Below, piece after piece: positions 50,110 to 58,600 of a DNA stretch of 64,000 nucleotides; the first letter of the stretch is position 1, and each line of letters starts with the position of its first letter. The DNA is from an uncultured virus (IMG/VR IMGVR_UViG_3300006735_000014) (lineage: Duplodnaviria > Heunggongvirae > Uroviricota > Caudoviricetes). The stretch lies in IMG/VR virus record IMGVR_UViG_3300006735_000014; one strand, written 5' to 3'. The position numbers and the translations under genes are program-made. The notes beneath the pieces are model-generated. The model was not told where the DNA came from. It searched no databases and worked only from the letters and a program-made list of their open reading frames with translations.

Positions 50110-50520
50110 TTATTTTTCAGAAAACCATGAAGTTGGAATTGTTTTTTCTGCCCATGGAATTCCATGCTTATCACACCACATTCCATATGTAGTTGGTGAA
50201 CCTTTTCTAATTTTTGTTTTACCAGACATGAATACTATCCTTATATCTAACTCAGGATGTTGTTTTTTAATAAGTAAGTGTTTTTTACGGTCTTCTGCTA
50301 CCCACCTTCCTTTTGTTTCAACTAGTATTCCATTTGGTAATGTAAAATCAATTGTATAAGTATGTTTAGTTTCTGGTTTGATATATGGTATTACTGTTGT
50401 TTCATATTCAAACTTAATTTTGTTTTCTTTTAACTGATCTGATACTTTATGTTCGAATCCAGATCTATAACCATGTTTAATTGCATTTCTACGTAATTTA
50501 CTTTTACTTCTCCAAGCCAT
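50110..50520 (-). CDS. T7 endonuclease I-like Holliday junction resolvase
   Basis: YRSGFE, YTIDFTLPNGILVETKGRW, DRKKHLLIKKQHPELDIRIVF, TYGMWCDKHG. Confidence 0.9.
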   Translation of the reverse strand: MAWRSKSKLRRNAIKHGYRSGFEHKVSDQLKENKIKFEYETTVIPYIKPETKHTYTIDFTLPNGILVETKGRWVAEDRKKHLLIKKQHPELDIRIVFMSGKTKIRKGSPTTYGMWCDKHGIPWAEKTIPTSWFSEK

Positions 50521-50521
50521 A

Positions 50522-51190
50522 TTAATGATAACCGTTTAATAATTCTAACAAATCATCTATTGCACTATGTCTATGTGAATCTTCTAATACACATTTAAAT
50601 ACATAAGCTGAATTTGTTAGTTTAGCCATATCGTGGTAAGCTGAATAATTTTTATCTTTTAGATCGATTTGGTAAGAATCTCCACAAAATAACATTTTGG
50701 AATCTTTACCTAATCTACCAATTGCCATCGCCAATTGTGATCTTGTTAAATTTTGAAACTCATCTACAATTACAATTGAATTATCAAAAGTTCTACCTCT
50801 AAAGTGAGCTAATGATACTAATTCAATTTGTTCAGACTTTTCCATTTTTTCTAATATAGGTGGTTTATTATAAACCTTTCTCATATTACTTCTAATTGGT
50901 ACTAACCATGGTTCCATTTTTTCTCTTTCAGATCCAGGTAAGAATCCATTATCTTCTGTAGAAATGGTTGGTCTTGTAATTATTATTTTATTATATTGTT
51001 TTTTAAAAAATTGATCCAATGCTACTTGCACTGCTAATAGTGTTTTACCACTACCAGCTTTACCTACAATAAAATTATAAGGATGTTTTAGAATTTGTGT
51101 TTTTGCTTTCTTTTGTTCTGGTGATAAAGAAATAGAAAACCTTATAGCCCCTTTTGGCGGACTCTTAACCATATTATCTTTTACTGCCAT
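50522..51190 (-). CDS. phoH: PhoH-family ATPase
   Basis: GKAGSGKT, ITRP, GFLPG, RGRTF, DEFQN, RLG..SK...GD..QIDL. Confidence 0.92.
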   Translation of the reverse strand: MAVKDNMVKSPPKGAIRFSISLSPEQKKAKTQILKHPYNFIVGKAGSGKTLLAVQVALDQFFKKQYNKIIITRPTISTEDNGFLPGSEREKMEPWLVPIRSNMRKVYNKPPILEKMEKSEQIELVSLAHFRGRTFDNSIVIVDEFQNLTRSQLAMAIGRLGKDSKMLFCGDSYQIDLKDKNYSAYHDMAKLTNSAYVFKCVLEDSHRHSAIDDLLELLNGYH

Positions 51191-51229
51191 TCTCGTGACT
51201 CCTTTTATTAACCTATTTAATATAAATAT

Positions 51230-53365
51230 CTAGTAATCCCATTTAATTAGGAAATTCATATCAACATCATCTCGTTTTTGTACTGGTCTAGCCAATTTTG
51301 CTACAGCTAATAACTGTGCATTGTCGTCGTACAATCCAATTGTTGTTATATATGGTTTCCAGGCACTACTTGTAAATTGATTTTGTATCAATTCACTTTT
51401 TGGTTTACGTAATGTTGGATTCATACTAACATTACATTCTCCCATTGGAACTTTACATAGTACTTCATTTTCATAAATAGTTCTAGACGATTTATGTTCT
51501 ATATCAAAACCTTCTTGTAATGCATAATGATATTTTGGTAATGGTGATGAAACTACTATTTGTCCTGATCTGTAAAATACATTACCTGCAACATTTGTTT
51601 GGTATGCACTACTACTCATCCAATGATTATTTGCTAATGACTCTGCAGATGCAGAATGTAAATATGTATTGAAAATTCTTATTTCATCAATACTTCCTGA
51701 TAAGGATGCATTACAATCCTCATCTAATGCTCCAAACATTAAATGTGATGGATTCATTAAATTATCATCAGCTGTATGGAATTTATCTGTAACTCCACTT
51801 TCCCATACACCATTAACAAACATTGCAAGATCTGATCCTGATTTGCTACACATTACATGATACCAAGTATCATTAGACGATGTAACACATGTACTTGAAG
51901 TTACTTCCAATGTATCAATTCCATTACTTCTACTAAACAATATTTTTCCGGCCGGATATGTTGGATGATTTTTATTTGTAACACTTATATCATATGGAAA
52001 TCTAGTACGATGTATATTTGTATTTCTATAAAATGTTTTTCTATTTGATTTTCTATTTACTCTTACTAATTCTTGTTCAACACCTCGCTTTGTAATTATA
52101 CAATTTGAACCAGATGTACGATATGCTGTTGATCCTGTATCTGATTGAGTTGGTGGTAATTTACACCAAAATGATATTGCAAAGTCTTGGTCTTGTCTAA
52201 AATTAAACTTATTATTATTTGGAGTAATTATATATGCTTTTGAACCTGAATCAAATGCGGCTGCAATTCCTGAATTAGGAAAATTAATTCTAGATAAATG
52301 TACGTTATCTATAGTACCTGCTGCATTACCTACTGGTGTTATATAAAGGTGGCTGGCATATGGTAAAGTACTTTTTATAACAAATTGATGAACACCTACT
52401 GTAGTGAAGGTGTCAGAAAAATTAGTTCCTTGACCGACAGAAACTTTGTATCCTGTTCCTGAAGTTAATGATTTTATTTCAAGTGATCCAGAATAAGTAA
52501 TACCTGATCCACTATGCTGATGTCCATCAGGTACGGAGCCATAATTGAGGTTACCATTTGAAGATCCATCACTTGCTGCAACTCCACTTCCTATCGTCCA
52601 GTTAGAGTTTTTATTCCAATTGGTATCAGATGCAAAAGTAGGATTTGGTACTATTTCTGATCCTAATGTGATTCCACCTAAACCTGTTGTTTTAATACCT
52701 GGTTCATATCTTACTAAATGTGCTGTTGATACAATATCCTTATTGATACGATTGGTATTCTGAATATGTTTATATGTTTTTCCTCTGGTATGAACTCCTA
52801 GACGACCAAAGTTTAATTCAAAATGACGAAACTCATCATTGAATCCCCAATATGCAATAGACTTTGATTGAGATATAAAACTACCAGTATTTATTGTATG
52901 GTCACGTAAATTTCCATATTTATCATCATATAAATCTACTAATTGATAATCATCAGATCCTGTAAAAGATACATGCACTGATGTTTTCTTAATATTTTCT
53001 CCATGTTTAACATATGGTATTGCTACTACACTACATGAATAAAATAAATTCTTTTCTGTATATCTTGGATTATAATGTTCCATAGTATGCATAGGAACAT
53101 TTTTTGTTTCTGGTCTATAAAATAAATGGTCTATTGCTTTCCAAGTAGGAGTTTGATATGTTCCGTCTGGATTTCTTGCATTATCAGCATCTAGATTTGA
53201 TGCACTAATTGGTGTAGTCTGTACATTATGTATTCCATGTCGAACTACATATCCATCAGTTAGATATGATGTTTCATCTGTTTTAAATATTGTATTTGCT
53301 TCAAACGGTGTAATTGATACATCATCTTTATTAATTGGTCTGAAGACTACTGCTCTTGAAGCCAT
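51230..53365 (-). CDS. Structural protein with LamG domain (baseplate/fibre attachment)
   Basis: FAISFW...WYHV...GSIDEIRIFN; C-terminal PYITTIGLYDD..LLAVAKL. Confidence 0.7.
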   Translation of the reverse strand: MASRAVVFRPINKDDVSITPFEANTIFKTDETSYLTDGYVVRHGIHNVQTTPISASNLDADNARNPDGTYQTPTWKAIDHLFYRPETKNVPMHTMEHYNPRYTEKNLFYSCSVVAIPYVKHGENIKKTSVHVSFTGSDDYQLVDLYDDKYGNLRDHTINTGSFISQSKSIAYWGFNDEFRHFELNFGRLGVHTRGKTYKHIQNTNRINKDIVSTAHLVRYEPGIKTTGLGGITLGSEIVPNPTFASDTNWNKNSNWTIGSGVAASDGSSNGNLNYGSVPDGHQHSGSGITYSGSLEIKSLTSGTGYKVSVGQGTNFSDTFTTVGVHQFVIKSTLPYASHLYITPVGNAAGTIDNVHLSRINFPNSGIAAAFDSGSKAYIITPNNNKFNFRQDQDFAISFWCKLPPTQSDTGSTAYRTSGSNCIITKRGVEQELVRVNRKSNRKTFYRNTNIHRTRFPYDISVTNKNHPTYPAGKILFSRSNGIDTLEVTSSTCVTSSNDTWYHVMCSKSGSDLAMFVNGVWESGVTDKFHTADDNLMNPSHLMFGALDEDCNASLSGSIDEIRIFNTYLHSASAESLANNHWMSSSAYQTNVAGNVFYRSGQIVVSSPLPKYHYALQEGFDIEHKSSRTIYENEVLCKVPMGECNVSMNPTLRKPKSELIQNQFTSSAWKPYITTIGLYDDNAQLLAVAKLARPVQKRDDVDMNFLIKWDY

Positions 53366-53384
53366 TTATATTCCCTTTATAGTA

Positions 53385-53420
53385 AAAACTCTCTTATACT
53401 TATAAATATAAGAGAGCTTT
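53385..53420 (-). terminator. Terminator-like hairpin overlapping the late-promoter motif
   Basis: CTCTCTTATA-N8-TATAAGAGAG inverted repeat followed by a T tract on the minus strand. Confidence 0.6.
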
Positions 53421-53451
53421 AAATATGATGAATTATAACGATTAGAATCTA

Positions 53452-54867
53452 TTAGAAGTCTAATTTTACTTTAATTAATGCCTCTCTTGTAAATGATTTC
53501 AATAAAGGCTTACTTAATTTTGCAACTGCTAATAATTCTCTTCTATCATTATACATACCTACTGTAGTAATATAAACTTTAGGATCTCCAATAAATGATG
53601 ATTGAGCAAATCTACCATTTGAACCGGTAACAAATGTTGGATTATTTGTAAAATTATATTCCGCATTTGTTGCTCTAACAAAATAATGAGTTGATGTTAC
53701 TTTTTCAGATGACCTTGCTTGTATTCCTAATTTATCACCAGATGCATCAGATAGATATGCTCCTGAATGCGATATTGATGTAAATAATTTAAATGCATTA
53801 TTACCTGCTATTTCTGAACCTGTTACAGTATTAAATCCTCCTGACACGTTTAATACATCTGCATTAAGTATTATAATTCCTAAATCTGGATATAATAAAC
53901 CATAATGGTAAGGTGTTACTGAATTATAAACTCCTTGTTCAATTGATCCAGATACCATATTATATCTTCTTCCAAAATGTCCTCTTCTAACTGATATTGC
54001 AGAAGTTATTTTTGAATCATCAGTAATACGTAAAACATGATTATTTTCAGGACTACTATCACCAAATGAAGGTTTTACATTTGAACCTGTATGTGTATTG
54101 TTATTTCCTGTTGCTCCATAAACCGAACCAGATAAGTGAGATAAGTTAAGTTCTATATTTCCTTCATCTAATCTTTCTCTCATCAATGCACGGTTAAAGT
54201 TCATTACATATATAGAATCTGAATCAACGCCGTTAAATGTAAACTTAGTATCATCTGGTTCTAAACATAATAATCTATATTGAGAATAAATTGCTCTTGA
54301 TGGTGTATCATTTACTTGGCCACCTTCATCTGCAGAACCAGAACCTAATCTATGTCCATATGCAATACTCATTAATGCAGAACCTGTTGCATCATATGAT
54401 GAATTTGCAGTTCTATTATCTCCGTTCCATATTTCGTAATAATATCTTTTTTGAGTTGCAGATAATAAAGATGATGTATAAAAATCTAATTGATTACCAA
54501 CATTTGGTGGAAATAATCCTCTTGTTACAACCTCTTGCTGATTTGGGATAACATCAGTATCAAGATCGAACTCAGTAAATATTCTTCCATTCCTTGCTGC
54601 TAATCTTGCACGCTCTCTTTGTGCAATTAATTGATTTGCAATCTGTCTTGCTCTTCTTTCAATTTCAATATTTCTTATACGAGCTTGGTTCGCAATATCT
54701 CTAACAGTATCTTGTTGGAGAACTGGTGATTCTGCTCTTGGTCTAGGTCTTGGTCTTGCCATATTTCGCATTGGACCTCTTGATCTAAACCTACCTGCAA
54801 ATCTTCCTCTTGATGCTGCCATGGATGAACCATTATATCCTGACTTATTTCTTTTTATTGATGCCAT
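53452..54867 (-). CDS. Structural (baseplate) protein with Arg/Pro-rich N-terminus
   Basis: C-terminal VYITTVGMYND..LLAVAKLSKP is paralogous to the neighbouring gene. Confidence 0.7.
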   Translation of the reverse strand: MASIKRNKSGYNGSSMAASRGRFAGRFRSRGPMRNMARPRPRPRAESPVLQQDTVRDIANQARIRNIEIERRARQIANQLIAQRERARLAARNGRIFTEFDLDTDVIPNQQEVVTRGLFPPNVGNQLDFYTSSLLSATQKRYYYEIWNGDNRTANSSYDATGSALMSIAYGHRLGSGSADEGGQVNDTPSRAIYSQYRLLCLEPDDTKFTFNGVDSDSIYVMNFNRALMRERLDEGNIELNLSHLSGSVYGATGNNNTHTGSNVKPSFGDSSPENNHVLRITDDSKITSAISVRRGHFGRRYNMVSGSIEQGVYNSVTPYHYGLLYPDLGIIILNADVLNVSGGFNTVTGSEIAGNNAFKLFTSISHSGAYLSDASGDKLGIQARSSEKVTSTHYFVRATNAEYNFTNNPTFVTGSNGRFAQSSFIGDPKVYITTVGMYNDRRELLAVAKLSKPLLKSFTREALIKVKLDF

Positions 54868-54892
54868 ATTATTTTATCCCTTATTTATAATC

Positions 54893-55567
54893 TTACATAG
54901 CTTGTAAAGCTACTCCTGGTGTCGTTTCTAATTCTTGTTTTTCTACTGTTAAGTTAATTGTTACACTTCCACCAGTTTCATTACCTACAACTGTAATAGT
55001 TGCTGTCTTATCTTCTACTGGTTGAGCTTTTGCAATTACTTCAAATGACAATCCTTGTACAGTTACTGTTTGTGCCGCTTCATTATCACCAATAAATGCA
55101 GGAACCGTAGCACCTCTTCCTGCTCTACCTGTTCCTCTTGTTACTCTTAAATAAGCTGCATCTGAATCAGATAATACTGCAGTATAACCAAATGTTTGGT
55201 TACCTCTATTGAAGTTTCTAGTATATGGTCTAATTGAAGCTGTACCACCACTCGATAATGTAATGTTCTTGTTTTGTACGGAAATCACTGGAATTCTAGT
55301 TGACCTAGATGGAAGTGTTACAAGTTTATATTTCATCATTTGAGTTTCGTCTGGTAATGCTTCGATTACCGGCATGTTCTCAATTACTACTCCATAGAAT
55401 GAAGTTCCTAATGGATGATCATTATTCCATAAATCGTAATCTACCTCATCATCTGCTAAAGCGTATTGTGTTATTTTGAATTCATCTCTACCCCTTGCCA
55501 ACAATTGTCTTCCCTTCTTGGTCAGGATAGCATCTACTGTAATTGAACTATTATCTAAATATCCCAT
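54893..55567 (-). CDS. Structural protein with tail-collar/fibre N-terminus-like motif
   Basis: DAILTKKGRQLLARG..FKITQYALADD. Confidence 0.65.
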   Translation of the reverse strand: MGYLDNSSITVDAILTKKGRQLLARGRDEFKITQYALADDEVDYDLWNNDHPLGTSFYGVVIENMPVIEALPDETQMMKYKLVTLPSRSTRIPVISVQNKNITLSSGGTASIRPYTRNFNRGNQTFGYTAVLSDSDAAYLRVTRGTGRAGRGATVPAFIGDNEAAQTVTVQGLSFEVIAKAQPVEDKTATITVVGNETGGSVTINLTVEKQELETTPGVALQAM

Positions 55568-55622
55568 AGTGTTTCCCTTTTTATTTTTAAATAAATATGT
55601 TTATCATAGAAAAGTATACCAT

Positions 55623-58600
55623 TTATCTAACATCTAAATTACCTCCAGATGGTAAATCTTTCTTATATACTAAACTATATCTGTTTCTTAATGTTATTTT
55701 TACTACTTCTTCCCCATCTGTTGTCTGATTTGAGAATTCATTTATCCCTGGTGCCGTTAATTTTGATCCTTCATAATATGATGAATCTAATGCATCATCT
55801 CTATAATCTGCTGGTTGTAATGAATGGCTGGTAGAAAATGTTCCTAGATCTGTAAATGTACCATATCCATTACTTCGTCTTGCTCTAGTCATATATATTC
55901 TACCTTTTCTACCTCTTTCATCTCCCCAATCTCTATTTGCTTGCATATCTGGATATTTGTTTAATGTTTTAACTTCTTGGGCTGATAAACAATAATCATC
56001 AAATATCTGAAGCTGTGCCATTGATCCTGAATATGCATATGTATTTGCTGATGATTTATATCCCATACCAATATGTCTAATTCTCCATCTTCCTAAACCT
56101 ACATCACCAGTTACATCTTTGGTAACTGTGTTTTGCAATCTTCCGTTTAAGTAAAACTTCATAGTTGCATTTTCTGGATCTGTACCGTCATATGTATATG
56201 CTAGATGATTTGTATCTCTTGCAGCATCATTTGTTACTGGCCAGGCTTGTCCTCCGTCCCATCTTGAGTTCCATTCAGCTGTTTGGAAGCCTGATCCTAA
56301 TGTACCCCAATAAGTTGCATCTTCAGATCTTGCAACCAAATTACCATAATTATTAATCCAGAATCCAGGATTTGTTGCATCTCCTCTACCAAGAAATGCA
56401 ATATCCCCTTCACCTGATCCAGAAGCAGGTTTCAATATTACTGATATACTAAACTTTCCTGTGTTATCAGATTTTGGAAGCATTATATCATCTGTTAATT
56501 TGATTCTAGTACCTCCTCTATTATGTGTCGCAGATAACTGTGGTCCTTGAAGATCAAATAACATGGCTTGGCCGGTCCAATTATTATGAGTTATCGTTTC
56601 AAATCTAGCAGTTGATGCAGCTTTCTGAGTTGCAGTTCCTGAAGTATTTACTGATTCAAATCCGGAGCCTGATGAATGGTTATAAGTTGGTCTAGAATCT
56701 AACATTCTTGAACCATTAAAGTTATCCAATCTAAAGTGATGTGATGCAGCATTTTCAGGTCCATAATAAAATACCTTTTTACTAAACATCGGAGATTTAC
56801 GTTGTTCCATTACTACAGAGCCGGTTGGCGACCATTCTAATTCATGTCTTGACTGCGTTATCCAACCACCATTTGTTGTATCATATCTTACGCCTATATA
56901 CCTATATGTTGCTCCAGGATATCCATCTCCTATTCTAAATAAATCTATTCCTGGATCTGTGTAATCATCTCCGTCAACTGATCCGGTTGCTATTTTATAT
57001 ACTCCTAAATTAGTTCCATTAATAACATCATTTACTGTAACAATTGATCTTGTCAATGAACCTGATAAATTAGAATGAACAGGAACTTCAAAATTTAAAG
57101 AACCTGTATAATGCATTGGCTCACCTTCCATTGTTTGTATATCTGAAATAGATGCAGTATAATGCATTGGTTCAGCTTCTAAAGGTTCTAATGCATCTAC
57201 AGATGCTGTTAATGGTAATATGTCCATGATTGGATCAGGGAAAGGATCTGGTATAAAATCTTCATAATGCAGTTCTTCTCTTGAAGGTTCTGCCTCTACC
57301 ATTACTTTAGACCTTTCTAGCACACTTGGTTCAACTATCAGCCCTAAATCTGCATTTGTCCTAACTGGTATTAACTGTTTTAGTTGCGAGAAGAATGAAA
57401 AATCAAATAATGCAAATATTCTTATATATGCATTTATATCATTATCATTTTCATATTTTCTCCAATATCTATGAGCAAATGTTTTTAGTTTTGGATACAA
57501 TTCTTTGTATTGATCTTCTGCAGAACCAAAGAAATCATCTAATGCAACGTTACCTATTTGATTGAAAATATCTTTGTTTATCATATCCTGAGGAGAGAAA
57601 TATATTCCTAGTTTAGCAGAATCATTTGATACTGTATCATACTGACTTATTTCTCCTCTAGTTTCTCTATTCAATGGATGAACTAATTTATTATCTTCAA
57701 TTCTTATTTTTTCTGATTTTAAATTCTTTCCTCCAATACTTGGTCCATGAATATAATATGTTTCTTCTACTCGCTCATAATGATCATTATTAACAGTATC
57801 CCATGGTGTTTGGAAATTACTTGCGGTTGCCCATGATGTTGTTCCATCATTTACTGGATCAGAAAAGTCTTGAATAGCTTGATTTGGATGTGATGATGAA
57901 ATATAAATTGTCGCTGCATGATTATATCCTTTTTGATTTGTTCCAAAAGTATAATGCCTTACCAATGTATCAAATGATGAAGTTGCGCTAATTGATGATA
58001 CATATGATTTTGGATTCAATGTATGTTTATCAAATGCATTTTGACCTATATTTTCTAACCATTCGCGATATTCTTGGAATGAACCTGTAAATGTTCCTAT
58101 TCCTGCAGGATCAGATGCACCACCTGATGTTGATCCATTTCCAATTGCATGATTTAAGTATTGATTTACTTTGAAGGTATTTCCACCAGTTGATCCAGTT
58201 TGGCCTCCTAGATATCCAGCTGTTGCTCCTGTTGCTGTACTCCATGCATTGTTATGTGCATTATAAGTTGGAGTAACAGATAAACTTGCTGAATGGATTA
58301 ATTTTCCTTTAACATAATCTGAAGCTTGTTGTACCTGTACATGGTAAGTGACATTGGTACTAGCAGCTATATTATATATTCCTGAGTCAGATCCGGTTGC
58401 TTCCCAATAATATCTCAAGTTCCAAAAATTACCATCATATAAAGGAGCCCAATCTGATGATGCTGTCATTGGTGTTGTTGATCCAGCACCTTGTCCATGC
58501 ACATAATGCACTCTACCATAATTTGCACTACCTGAATATGAACCTGTATATTCAATTGCAATATGTGATATAGGCACTGGTATGGCACCTACAAGACCTG

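Larger units (their letters stand above)
7803..55598 (-). promoter_or_regulatory. Dispersed putative late-promoter motif ATATTTAT(A/T), 16 intergenic copies
   Basis: 9-mers starting (+ strand coordinate) at 7803, 8975, 9557, 11423, 11752, 14654, 21215, 24173, 28145, 30071, 33119, 35593, 46003, 51221, 53401, 55590; each is upstream of a minus-strand start codon. Confidence 0.75.
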
